A DNA stretch of 33,974 nucleotides. It comes from Patescibacteria group bacterium. Its GTDB lineage: Bacteria; Patescibacteriota; Minisyncoccia; Phycocordibacterales; Phycocordibacteraceae. This document shows positions 16,304-24,886 of the stretch, piece after piece (position 1 is the stretch's first letter; every line of letters starts with the position of its first letter). The notes under the pieces were generated by a model. It was not told the DNA's origin. It saw nothing but the letters and a program-made list of their open reading frames with translations, and searched no databases. The position numbers and the translations under genes are program-made. The stretch lies in contig JAZJXK010000011.1 in NCBI GenBank assembly GCA_040390955.1, positions 1-33,974 of the forward strand, read 5' to 3'.

Positions 16304-16627
16304 GTGGCTAAGAAGTTATATTTCGGTGGTTTGTCATACGACACCACTGATGACAGTTTAAAAGCAGCGTGTGACCAGTTCGGCACCGTAACATCTGCAA
16401 AGGTGATTATGGACCGCGAAACAGGTCGCTCACGTGGTTTTGGTTTCGTCGAAATGTCTTCGGACGATGAGGCGATGGCCGTTGTTTCCGGGCTTGATGG
16501 CAAGGAAGTTGATGGACGTTCCGTTCGTGTTTCTGAGGCTCGTCCTCAGGAAGAAGGCGGAGGCAACCGTGGCGGTGGAAACCGTGGCGGAGGTTTTGGT
16601 GGCGGAGACCGCCGAAACAGCTGGTAA
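16304..16627 (+). CDS. RRM-type RNA-binding protein with a Gly/Arg-rich tail
   Basis: RNP2 is LYFGGLS and RNP1 is RGFGFVEM. The C-terminus is GGGNRGGGNRGGGFGGGDRR. The track ORF starts at TTG 16139, but homologs begin just before RNP2. GTG at 16304 (in frame) gives (M)AKKLYFGGLS. Confidence 0.8.
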   Translation: MAKKLYFGGLSYDTTDDSLKAACDQFGTVTSAKVIMDRETGRSRGFGFVEMSSDDEAMAVVSGLDGKEVDGRSVRVSEARPQEEGGGNRGGGNRGGGFGGGDRRNSW

Positions 16628-16728
16628 GCTTTTTGCGTTTCGCAAAAAGCTTCCTGTCAGCGCTCGCTTGGAAGAAAAACTAAGGTTTCTCTTCCCTCGC
16701 TCGCTCGACAGTAATCGAAAAATTAAAA

Positions 16729-16760
16729 GACCTGAGCATTCCGAGCTCAGGTCTTTTTTT
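16729..16760. terminator. Bidirectional rho-independent terminator
   Basis: The stem GACCTGAGC(16729-16737)/GCTCAGGTC(16745-16753) is followed by T7 on the plus strand. An A-rich run upstream gives a T-run on the minus strand. It lies between the convergent RRM and S41 genes. Confidence 0.8.
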
Positions 16761-16784
16761 ATACTTTTGATGCACTAAATAAAA

Positions 16785-18137
16785 TTATTTAAGAGGAGGT
16801 TTTGTGGCAGTTTTCCGAATAGCACTAATCAGACTAGCGGAATCAAAATAATTGGGTAGTTTGTTTTCCCAACCAACCTTCGAGGTATCCACATCTGCAT
16901 CAACGCCCCGTCCTTCAACCGGCTGGTTATCTTCCCGAAGCGTAATCGAATTAACTAAAAGAAGTGAGTAGGTGGTAGCAGGGTCAATACGCGTCTCTAA
17001 AGGATATGTATTCTCTACAGTTCCCCAACCTCGTGTTGTAACTCCAACCGTATGCGCGCGATTAAACTTCTTAAACGTCGCTGCAGTTAATTCTGCTGTT
17101 GATTGTGTCATCGCATCAGTGAGTATTGCCATTTCCGTGTACCTCCCGAGTTCATCAAACTTGCCTTGGGTTGTCCGCTCCACTTGATAATCTCCCTGAT
17201 GGAAAAGGTCGAACGTATATTGATTTGCTCCCACAAAAAGTCCGAAGAAATTTGGTAGAAAGTCCAGCGCGCCACCAATGTTTCCGCGAAAATCCAAAAT
17301 CATACTGTCGAGTTTTGGTGTTGTAGAAGCAGCGTCAACCGCAAGCGCAAACTCTCTCAAGGTCGTAGGGGATATTTTATCAACATGGAGGTACAGCGTG
17401 GTGCCAAAAATATGAGGGAAAACAGTCGGCTCAATCCCCGCCTGATCGTACAACGTCTTTTTATTCGTGTCGGTTAACACTGTTTTGGCATACGCAACTT
17501 TTTCAAGCTCTGCTTTCGCTTCAGACGACGTGGCTTGCTTTAACTCGGCAGTCTTCTTTGCATACGCCTGATTCACCTCCTCTGTTGAGGCACCTTTTTG
17601 TAGGCCAAGATTTTGATACAAATCTTTTGATGTATCAATGTTGCTTACGTTTTCCCGAAGTGCTACCTCTTCAGTCTTGGACAAAAGCCCATCGCGCCCT
17701 GCTGGTGGAAGATTGTAGAGCGCGACTGCGGCAAGTGAAAGCGCGAGCTGTTTTCGTCCGTCAGTCGACGTTGCATTTTTGAATGCACCCTCGACCATTT
17801 TGGCAACGCCACCTCTGTCAGGCGAAGGAAGCGTCGCAGGATTTTGCGTTGCCTTTTCTACAGACAACCTAAACAATTCTGGAAGTTTCAAATCTTCCGC
17901 TTTCATCCAATAGTTTGTGAGTATCTTGTCATACACCTCCATATCAAAACGCACATAGACATCAGCTTCTTCGGGCGTTTGATAGTGTGGGGCTTTCGGC
18001 GCGGACTGTACAGCCGTCCATCCATAGACACCCGCTCCAAATACGAGCACAAGCATCGCACAAAGAACAATCCACTTGTTTTTAAGCACAAAAAGCCTCA
18101 CTCGGAAAATATGTCGAAGGATTGATGCCATTCTCAT
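16785..18137 (-). CDS. S41-family (C-terminal processing) peptidase with an N-terminal membrane anchor and an embedded J-like domain
   Basis: 450 aa. The TM segment is WIVLCAMLVLVFGAGVYGW. The S41 signature is ILDFRGNIGG. The J-like stretch covers aa 172-234. Confidence 0.8.
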   Translation of the reverse strand: MRMASILRHIFRVRLFVLKNKWIVLCAMLVLVFGAGVYGWTAVQSAPKAPHYQTPEEADVYVRFDMEVYDKILTNYWMKAEDLKLPELFRLSVEKATQNPATLPSPDRGGVAKMVEGAFKNATSTDGRKQLALSLAAVALYNLPPAGRDGLLSKTEEVALRENVSNIDTSKDLYQNLGLQKGASTEEVNQAYAKKTAELKQATSSEAKAELEKVAYAKTVLTDTNKKTLYDQAGIEPTVFPHIFGTTLYLHVDKISPTTLREFALAVDAASTTPKLDSMILDFRGNIGGALDFLPNFFGLFVGANQYTFDLFHQGDYQVERTTQGKFDELGRYTEMAILTDAMTQSTAELTAATFKKFNRAHTVGVTTRGWGTVENTYPLETRIDPATTYSLLLVNSITLREDNQPVEGRGVDADVDTSKVGWENKLPNYFDSASLISAIRKTATKPPLK

Positions 18138-18154
18138 GAGATACTACCACCACA

Positions 18155-18949
18155 ATGGATACTTCGAGGGATTTCGAACTGGAAAAAGTTTTTCTTTTGC
18201 GGGAAAAACACAACGGACAAAAAACATCTGCGTATGAATCTGACCTTCTACGCCTGCACGCTGGAGAGCCTCTTGCGTATATTATTGGATTCATTCCGTT
18301 TCTGGGAGCAAAAATTTTTCTCGATAGCCACCCACTTATTCCACGACCAGAAACTGAGTATTGGACAGAGGAAGCGGTAAGAGAGATTACAGTTTACAGA
18401 GAACAGTTTACAGAGAAAGAAGAGAGGATAAAAATTCTGGATCTTTGTGCGGGTTCGGGCGCCATAGGCGTTGCAGTACTCCAGCGTGTACCAGGTGTGC
18501 TTGTGGATTTTGCGGATATTGATTCTTCCCACTTCCCTACCATTCAAAAAAACGTACGCACAAATGGAATCGATGAAAGTCTAGTACACATACTAGAAAG
18601 CGACATCTGGTCTGCAATTACTGACACGTATGATTTCATACTTTCAAATCCTCCATACCTTTCAAAAAACCGCACCGATAGAATAGAGACTTCAGTACTT
18701 CAGAGTGAACCAGAAAAAGCTCTCTTTGCTGAAGAGAATGGTTTTGCGTTGATTCGAAAAATACTTGAGGGGCTGGATGCACACCTAAAACCCAAAGGAG
18801 TCCTTTATATAGAACACGAACCTGAGCATGAAGAAACGTTAAAAGAACTCGCACATACCCTCCATTTCAAAGCCGAAACCCTTCCTGATCAATACGGAGT
18901 CTTGCGGTATAGCATTATTAGAAGATTGAAAGTAGAAAGTGGAATGTAG
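18155..18949 (+). CDS. prmC: Release-factor glutamine N5-methyltransferase (PrmC/HemK)
   Basis: It has the SAM motif ILDLCAGSGAIG, the NPPY motif (ILSNPPYLS) and PLAYIIG...RPETE. Confidence 0.85.
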   Translation: MDTSRDFELEKVFLLREKHNGQKTSAYESDLLRLHAGEPLAYIIGFIPFLGAKIFLDSHPLIPRPETEYWTEEAVREITVYREQFTEKEERIKILDLCAGSGAIGVAVLQRVPGVLVDFADIDSSHFPTIQKNVRTNGIDESLVHILESDIWSAITDTYDFILSNPPYLSKNRTDRIETSVLQSEPEKALFAEENGFALIRKILEGLDAHLKPKGVLYIEHEPEHEETLKELAHTLHFKAETLPDQYGVLRYSIIRRLKVESGM

Positions 18950-19004
18950 CAAAACGGACATATAAGAAACCACCACCCTCCACCTTCCACTTTCTAGCTA
19001 CTAA
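18921..19004. repeat. Two heptad arrays in partly inverted orientation, spanning the prmC stop
   Basis: The left array is GAAGATT GAAAGTA GAAAGTG GAATGTA (18921-18948). The right array is CCACCAC CCTCCAC CTTCCAC TTTCTAG CTACTAA (18970-19004). A 12-bp perfect complement links TAGAAAGTGGAA 18933-18944 with TTCCACTTTCTA 18985-18996. Confidence 0.6.
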
Positions 19005-19025
19005 TCCCCGTGGCATAATATCCGC

Positions 19026-19244
19026 ATGCCTCCAGTTACAGCCCTTCCTGCAGACACATCAATTATATTCTGGTTCTTTTTTACCGTTGCACTCCTCGTA
19101 ACGCTCTATTTTGTTTTTGCAGAACTCTACCACTGGATTCGTTTTGGTTTTATGTACCCCTTGGTATGGCTTGCGATGCCGGTCTACCTCATTGGTATTG
19201 TCATTCTTATAGGCGGTATGCTCGCTGGCATCAGTGCCCTCTAA
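19026..19244 (+). CDS. Small two-TMS membrane protein
   Basis: 72 aa with two hydrophobic helices. It lies immediately upstream of the PH-domain gene. Confidence 0.55.
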   Translation: MPPVTALPADTSIIFWFFFTVALLVTLYFVFAELYHWIRFGFMYPLVWLAMPVYLIGIVILIGGMLAGISAL

Positions 19245-19251
19245 AGCACCT

Positions 19252-19842
19252 ATGATATACAACACACTTGGACTACACGACTTTAGAGAGGGCGAAAGAG
19301 TTATTGCAATAGTTCGTCACCATTGGTTTGTGCTCTTTCGTGAAGTCTTTGGTTTGGTTATTCTTTTTATTTTGCCTTTCTTTCTCATTCCTATAACCTT
19401 CTCAATTGCAGTTCAAGGTGGCAACATACCGCCAGTCCCTGGTGGCGTTGTTATATTTTTTGCATCTCTTTGGACACTCATCGTATGGAATCTTCTTTTT
19501 GCACGTTGGACAAACTACTATTACGACATTTGGGTCATTACAAACTGGCGCATTCTTGATGTAGACCAACAAGGCTTCTTCAATAGAAAAGTTGCAACAC
19601 TGCTTACCCTTGACCACATCGAAGACATTGAAACAGAGGTGAACGGCATCATAAATAGTTTGTTGAATTTTGGGAGCATACAAGTACAAACAGCGGCAGC
19701 ACACATCGAATTTCATATTGATGACATTCCAAACCCTACTGAAACAGAACGCGTGATTCGAAGCGCACAGGAAGAGAAAATACGTGTTTTTGGCGATAAC
19801 ATGAGCCCAAGACACGACCTCATTGCGGGCAACAGCATCTGA
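19252..19842 (+). CDS. Bacterial PH-domain (YdbS/YdbT-like) membrane protein
   Basis: The segment ERVIAIVRHHWFVLF is followed by two TMS and then a soluble domain. The track start is GTG 19234. ATG 19252 avoids overlapping the upstream ORF. Confidence 0.65.
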   Translation: MIYNTLGLHDFREGERVIAIVRHHWFVLFREVFGLVILFILPFFLIPITFSIAVQGGNIPPVPGGVVIFFASLWTLIVWNLLFARWTNYYYDIWVITNWRILDVDQQGFFNRKVATLLTLDHIEDIETEVNGIINSLLNFGSIQVQTAAAHIEFHIDDIPNPTETERVIRSAQEEKIRVFGDNMSPRHDLIAGNSI

Positions 19843-19858
19843 TGGCACTATTTCTCCT

Positions 19859-21079
19859 ATGAGCGTTATCGAACCCTACAAAGGCGTCCGGGATTTCTAT
19901 CCTGAAGACCAGCGAATTCAAACACATATTTTTGACGCAATGCGCCGTGCTGTCGAGTCGTTTGGATATGAGGAATACAATGCGTCCATTCTTGAATCAA
20001 CAGAGCTCTATAAAGCAAAGACGAGTGATGAGATAGTAAACGAACAAACCTACACCTTTACCGACCGAGGTGACAGAAGTGTCACGCTCCGCCCTGAAAT
20101 GACCCCAACTGTGGCACGTATGGTTGCAGCGCGGAAGCGTGAACTTGGTTTTCCACTTCGTTGGTACTCAATACAAAACTTCTTTCGGTATGAACGCCCA
20201 CAGCGAGGACGTTTGCGTGAATTTTGGCAACTCAATGCCGATCTTTTTGGCGTTGAAGGAGTACTCGCAGACGCAGAGGTAATTGCAGTAGCATACCGCG
20301 TCATGATGGAGCTTGGTGCAAAAGAAAATGACTTTGTCATAAAAATTGGTAGCAGAAGCGCCCTCAATGAAGAGCTCAAGAAAAGAGGTGTACCTACAAG
20401 TGAACATAAAAAAATAGCGGCACTCATGGATAGAAAGGAAAAGATGCCGCAAGAAGAATATGAAAGCGAGCTCGCAGAGCTTGCTGGAGAAAATTTTACA
20501 ATACAAGAAAATTCACACGTGACTGAAGTTCGTCGCATCTTGAGCACAATGGGAATCACGAACACGACCTTCAATCCAGATATCGTACGTGGCTTCGACT
20601 ACTACACCGGCATTGTATTTGAAGTGTTTGATACAAATCCCGAGAACAAGCGTTCAATGTTCGGCGGAGGGCGCTACGACAATCTCGTCGGACAGTACGG
20701 TTCTGAAGAAGTGCCCGCAGTTGGTTTTGCTATGGGTGACGTTATTGCACGGGACTTTTTAGAGACACATGAGCTTCTCCCAACCATTTCTCCCACTACC
20801 AAGCTCTACCTCGCACCTGCGACTGAGAAAGACCGAGAGGAAGCTTCGAAGACTGCAGATACTCTCCGAAAAAGTGGTCTCAATGTTGCACTCGGCATGA
20901 AATACGAAAAGATAGGCGACCACATTAAAGCTGCAGTAAAGCTCGCCATTCCCCACTTTGCAGTGTACGGTGAGAAAGAAAAAGATTCAGGTTCTCTTAC
21001 GGTAAAAAACTTAGCGACTGGTGAAGAAAAAACCCTCCCCTTGTCCGAGGTTCCCTCCTCCCTAAAAGCTGAAAGCTGA
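19859..21079 (+). CDS. hisS: Histidine--tRNA ligase
   Basis: The class II motifs RPEMT and FRYERPQRGRLREFWQ are present, with GGGRYDNL and a C-terminal anticodon-binding domain. The track start TTG 19823 overlaps the previous gene, so I prefer ATG 19859. Confidence 0.9.
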   Translation: MSVIEPYKGVRDFYPEDQRIQTHIFDAMRRAVESFGYEEYNASILESTELYKAKTSDEIVNEQTYTFTDRGDRSVTLRPEMTPTVARMVAARKRELGFPLRWYSIQNFFRYERPQRGRLREFWQLNADLFGVEGVLADAEVIAVAYRVMMELGAKENDFVIKIGSRSALNEELKKRGVPTSEHKKIAALMDRKEKMPQEEYESELAELAGENFTIQENSHVTEVRRILSTMGITNTTFNPDIVRGFDYYTGIVFEVFDTNPENKRSMFGGGRYDNLVGQYGSEEVPAVGFAMGDVIARDFLETHELLPTISPTTKLYLAPATEKDREEASKTADTLRKSGLNVALGMKYEKIGDHIKAAVKLAIPHFAVYGEKEKDSGSLTVKNLATGEEKTLPLSEVPSSLKAES

Positions 21080-21088
21080 CACCTGAAA
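21061..21088. repeat. Heptad array (SCTRAMA x4) spanning the hisS stop
   Basis: The array is CCTAAAA GCTGAAA GCTGACA CCTGAAA. Confidence 0.5.
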
Positions 21089-21091
21089 CCT

Positions 21092-21664
21092 ATGAGACGA
21101 ATCACTATCGACATTGAAACAACAAATGCCGCCATTGGCGGTGCGTTCGACCCTTCCACCATGAATCTTACGGTGGCCTGTATTCATGACACGGAGACCG
21201 ACCTCTTTACTTCATACGAAGTGGAAGAATTGCCAAAGCTCTGGCCAATTTTGGAGCGTGCCGATCTTATTGTGGGGTATAACTCAGATCACTTTGATAT
21301 TCCGATTCTTAATCGATACTACGCAGGTGACCTCTCAAAAATTCGAAGTCTTGATCTATTGGTTGAAATAAAAAACGTATTGGGGCGACGCATCAAACTT
21401 GATTCAGTCGCCTCCGGCACCTTAGGCAAAAAAAAGAGTGGTAACGGACTTGATGCTATCAAGTGGTGGAATGAAGGGAAAAAAGACAAGGTTATTAAGT
21501 ACTGTATTGATGACGTACGTATCACAAAAGATATTTATGAGTACGCACTCAAGAATGGGAAAATTACGTACTCAGACTTTGGAAAGAAAAAAGATATCAC
21601 GCTCGACACGAGCGGTTGGGAATCAGCCAAAAGCGCATCTATTACGCACACACTCCCCTTTTAA
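21092..21664 (+). CDS. RNase H-like 3'-5' exonuclease-domain protein (DEDD family, YprB-like)
   Basis: The motifs are ITIDIETT (Exo I), GYNSDHFDIPIL (Exo II) and YCIDDV (Exo III). Confidence 0.7.
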   Translation: MRRITIDIETTNAAIGGAFDPSTMNLTVACIHDTETDLFTSYEVEELPKLWPILERADLIVGYNSDHFDIPILNRYYAGDLSKIRSLDLLVEIKNVLGRRIKLDSVASGTLGKKKSGNGLDAIKWWNEGKKDKVIKYCIDDVRITKDIYEYALKNGKITYSDFGKKKDITLDTSGWESAKSASITHTLPF

Positions 21665-21665
21665 A

Positions 21666-21686
21666 AAATTCCGCAGTGCGGAATTT
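21666..21686. terminator. Hairpin terminator, stronger for minus-strand transcripts
   Basis: The stem is AAATTCCGC/GCGGAATTT with a 3-nt loop. On the minus strand a T6 run follows it. Confidence 0.55.
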
Positions 21687-21723
21687 CATTGAAAAGTTAA
21701 ACCTGTATAGAAATCACTGCTTG

Positions 21724-21888
21724 TGATTTTGAGCACCTACAGAAACTGCAGGGGATCCGTTACTAGTTTGTTTTCGTGCCTCAAAGGAACTATAAATTGC
21801 AATCATGCCTAAGAAGGCAATGGTAGCAGCGCGTAGAGTCTCCATTTCCGGTGTTTTTTGATTATTCAAACGCTCCATGATTATTTCT
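21724..21888 (-). CDS. Possible unlisted 54-aa single-TMS protein
   Basis: My hand translation is MERLNNQKTPEMETLRAATIAFLGMIAIYSSFEARKQTSNGSPAVSVGAQNHKQ*. It lies downstream of the CAP-domain gene and upstream of the terminator at 21666-21686. Confidence 0.3.
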
Positions 21889-21937
21889 GGAACGTTACTT
21901 CAATCGAACTAAGAAGTCAACAATTAACTTAACGCAT

Positions 21938-22909
21938 TCATAAGCTCACAGATTCTGTATCCGAAGGCAGGGTTACATTCGACACATGCGTCTCGGCGCT
22001 GAAATAAAATGAACCTACAGCAATGAGGAGAAGTAGCATACCTCCACCAATAACCTCGAGGTACTGAATCTTCACGTGTATGAATATCGCAAGGAACAGA
22101 AGGAGTGCGATGAGCGCAATAATCGCTCCGAGTATGTACAAAAGCGTGTGATTTGGTGAAGCGAGCGCAGAAGCAATCCCTGTCATGAACGCACCTTTTA
22201 CTTCAGGTGTCGCTGAAGCGTTTGTTTCTGCCCCCAGCACATGCACTGGAGCGCTCGTGGCAGAGGTTGCAAGCTCGGTTGGGGGTATAGATGTTGTAGA
22301 CACTGGCGCACTGTGCTTTGCAGGCGTAACGGTATCTGGTGCGGGCGTTGCAAAAAATTGCACAACAAAGGTCACCGATTTACCCTGATACACTCCTTCC
22401 GCAGTGCCAATGCCCACGCGAGTGAATTCAGACTTTACAATATTTGCCCGGTGCGTTGGCGACTTCATCCATGCATCCTCAACATCTTTTGAGTCAGTGA
22501 AATTAACCGCTAAGTTTTCTCCCGCATACGTGTAGTTGTAGCCGACGAGGTCAAGCCAATACCACGGTGTCTTTCCATCAGGCGTCACATGTGAAAAATA
22601 TCCTTTTGCTGCCATGTCCACAGCTTTCGTTTCTGCAGCTTTTTTCAAAAGCGGATCTTCAATAAGCGTCCCAACACCATTAGTTGCGCGATCATCATTC
22701 GTGAGTGCGGTTAAGACTCCTGGTAATACCGCCGCAAGAAAATTGGTCTTATGAAAAACAACAGTCGTGAGGGCAAAATATCCAATCTGCAAAAAAACAA
22801 GCACCGCTACAATAACCATTGCTGATTCCTTGCGGAAAAAATGTGGGTGATATCCATTCCCTCGTGTGGGAATAAAATAATTTTTAATACGCCAAAAGAA
22901 TTGTTTCAT
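21938..22909 (-). CDS. CAP/SCP/PR-1-like domain membrane protein
   Basis: It has an N-terminal TMS and a CAP-domain core (GYFSHVTPDGKTPWYWL...AGENLA...AWMKSPTHRANI). A Thr/Ser/Ala-rich linker and C-terminal TMS follow. Confidence 0.75.
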   Translation of the reverse strand: MKQFFWRIKNYFIPTRGNGYHPHFFRKESAMVIVAVLVFLQIGYFALTTVVFHKTNFLAAVLPGVLTALTNDDRATNGVGTLIEDPLLKKAAETKAVDMAAKGYFSHVTPDGKTPWYWLDLVGYNYTYAGENLAVNFTDSKDVEDAWMKSPTHRANIVKSEFTRVGIGTAEGVYQGKSVTFVVQFFATPAPDTVTPAKHSAPVSTTSIPPTELATSATSAPVHVLGAETNASATPEVKGAFMTGIASALASPNHTLLYILGAIIALIALLLFLAIFIHVKIQYLEVIGGGMLLLLIAVGSFYFSAETHVSNVTLPSDTESVSL

Positions 22910-22938
22910 CTCTTTTTAATTATGCAATGAAAACTAGA

Positions 22939-24840
22939 TTACGGCAATTGCTTACCGAGCGATGCTCCGACGTTTGAAATTACCGTAGCATCTGCACCAA
23001 AAGACTTCAGGAGTGAAAGAATAGCGAGAATTTGAGCATCAGTAAGTTTCTGCACACCAACCACCGTAGGTGTTTTTTGTATGAGTCCTTTATTTAACTC
23101 CGCACGGGTCAACTTCCCTACAATTCCAAGAGCCTCAATGCCGTACTTGGTTTGAAATGCTTTTACCGCTGCTTCTGTAAGACTACCGAAATACGATGTG
23201 ATAGAAGCTGTATAGAGCCCTTCATCGCGTAGACGCTCTTGGAGTGCCTTTACATCATCGCCTGTCGATCCTTTTGAAAGTAAGCGGGTAAAGTTGTACG
23301 TAGATGCACCAAGAACTTCCCCCACAGTCTGAGCAACCGAAGTGGTTTTAGGTGTAGTAGTAACTGTAGGTGAAGTTACTAACAGTGGGCCACCTCCGCC
23401 ACCACCCCCTCCTCCTCCGCCACCTGAAACTGGGGCGGGTGTAGGAGTTACCGTATGAGTCGCTACAAAGTACGAGGCTTTAGTTGTTTGAAAGGTACAG
23501 AGGCCATTTGCTACAACGCACGAAGCTGTAATCAGTCCATCTTGTGTCCATCCACCAGAGGTTGAGAGTGAGCGATACACCGCGTATGTCTCGCCGTTAT
23601 GACTTGCACCTATAAACACATTCACTGTGATCGCTTGTGAAAATTCAATACCTTGACCGGCAATTCCCCACTGAAGTGCTCCATCAACAACGACTGTACT
23701 CCCGATGCCGGAGAGCGTATTTCCGTTTATATCAGTGATAGAAAAATCACTCGGCAAAAGCGTTGAACCATCTGTTTTAGTAATACTGGTGCCGACAGGA
23801 ATCCCAACACTTGACGTACCCGACCCTGACTGCACTTCTACTGTAGTCGTGGCGCTCTGATCAACTAACACAACACTCGAAGGAGAAGAGGAAGCGACGA
23901 AGGTGAGGAGTGGATTGCTTCGAGTAACAGTAAATAGAGAAGAACTCAACGCCACGTTTCCTGCCGCATCAGTAGCACTCACACCATACGTGTGTGCTCC
24001 CGCAGTAAGTCCACTTAATTGTGAGGTGCAATCTGGCATGGACACACCATCAAGCGAGCATGCCAGCGTGAATGTGTTTGCGTCAGTTGCAGACACGCTT
24101 GGTGTCACTGCTTGTCCCACAGTTGAGGAAGAAACAGGGGCGGTAATCGTAATCGTCGGCACCGTAGTATCAATATTCGAAACAGCGGTAGACGCACTCC
24201 CCACATTTCCAAAAGAATCAGTGAAAGCAAAAGGACCGTACGTGGCATTCGCAGAAAAAAAGTATGGCATATCGCCAGCAACAGCAGTCGCGATATCTGA
24301 AGTAGTAGTTGCAAGTAAAGCACAGACCCCAGTATTAATAGGCACTGCAGCATCATAGGGTAAGAAATTTTCTGAATGATTCGTACAATCGCTCGAAATC
24401 GCACCTGCGGGCATTACATAAAAAATAATAGTGGGTGTGAACGCGACGGAATGTTTTGTCACACTTACTGGAGTTGCAGTTGTTGTAACGCCAGACTCGA
24501 GTGCCTGAACATTTACGGTCACCGCGCCGTCAATAAGAGAAGAGGCATCAAAATAAATATGATAGTTACCGAAATCTGCTCCAGCAAGATTCTGGGAAGT
24601 GGAAATGCTTGTGTTTGCACCATCAGTCAGAGTCACCATCACTGACCCGGCAATAAATGCCGACACATGACCGGACACCAATACTGCTGACTGATTCGTA
24701 GAATTTATGAGATTACTTCCGCTATCAACCGAGACAGTAACGGTGCTATTTGTACTTGCAAACGTAGGTATAGCAAAAAAAACCAATGAAAAAGAAAGCG
24801 GGATAAGGGCGAGTTTTACCAGCCTCGTAGGCCTACACAT
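22939..24840 (-). CDS. Large secreted surface protein: signal peptide, Ig-like repeats, Gly12 linker and a C-terminal peptidoglycan-binding domain
   Basis: It is Thr/Ser/Val-rich and beta-repeat-like. A GGGGGGGGGGGG run is followed by GSTGDDVKALQERLRDEGLY...AVKAFQTKYGI (PG_binding_1-like). The track start is GTG 24867. ATG 24840 gives the signal peptide MCRPTRLVKLALIPLSFSLVFFAIPTFAS. Confidence 0.75.
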   Translation of the reverse strand: MCRPTRLVKLALIPLSFSLVFFAIPTFASTNSTVTVSVDSGSNLINSTNQSAVLVSGHVSAFIAGSVMVTLTDGANTSISTSQNLAGADFGNYHIYFDASSLIDGAVTVNVQALESGVTTTATPVSVTKHSVAFTPTIIFYVMPAGAISSDCTNHSENFLPYDAAVPINTGVCALLATTTSDIATAVAGDMPYFFSANATYGPFAFTDSFGNVGSASTAVSNIDTTVPTITITAPVSSSTVGQAVTPSVSATDANTFTLACSLDGVSMPDCTSQLSGLTAGAHTYGVSATDAAGNVALSSSLFTVTRSNPLLTFVASSSPSSVVLVDQSATTTVEVQSGSGTSSVGIPVGTSITKTDGSTLLPSDFSITDINGNTLSGIGSTVVVDGALQWGIAGQGIEFSQAITVNVFIGASHNGETYAVYRSLSTSGGWTQDGLITASCVVANGLCTFQTTKASYFVATHTVTPTPAPVSGGGGGGGGGGGGPLLVTSPTVTTTPKTTSVAQTVGEVLGASTYNFTRLLSKGSTGDDVKALQERLRDEGLYTASITSYFGSLTEAAVKAFQTKYGIEALGIVGKLTRAELNKGLIQKTPTVVGVQKLTDAQILAILSLLKSFGADATVISNVGASLGKQLP

Positions 24841-24886
24841 ATGTATAGATAATAGCAGATGGAGCACCTTCTACGAGGGCGATTCT

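Noticed and set aside
18138-18154. Only 17 bp between the divergent start codons of the S41 peptidase and prmC, considered as evidence of a mis-called start
   Set aside because: Both N-termini look reasonable: a TM anchor after a basic segment, and a short PrmC N-domain. No better in-frame start exists, so the promoters probably lie within the neighbouring coding sequences. I did not take this further.
20050-21162. Antisense ORFs within hisS (20050..20574, 20168..20506, 20759..20956, 20806..21162)
   Set aside because: They lie opposite a full-length class II aaRS with all motifs, so they are shadow ORFs.
23389-23424. The Gly12-encoding tract as a slipped-strand phase-variation site
   Set aside because: The run is encoded by mixed codons (GGT GGC GGA GGA GGA GGG GGT GGT GGC GGA GGT GGC), not a homopolymer or a perfect short tandem repeat. 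Any slippage in units of 3 would stay in frame.
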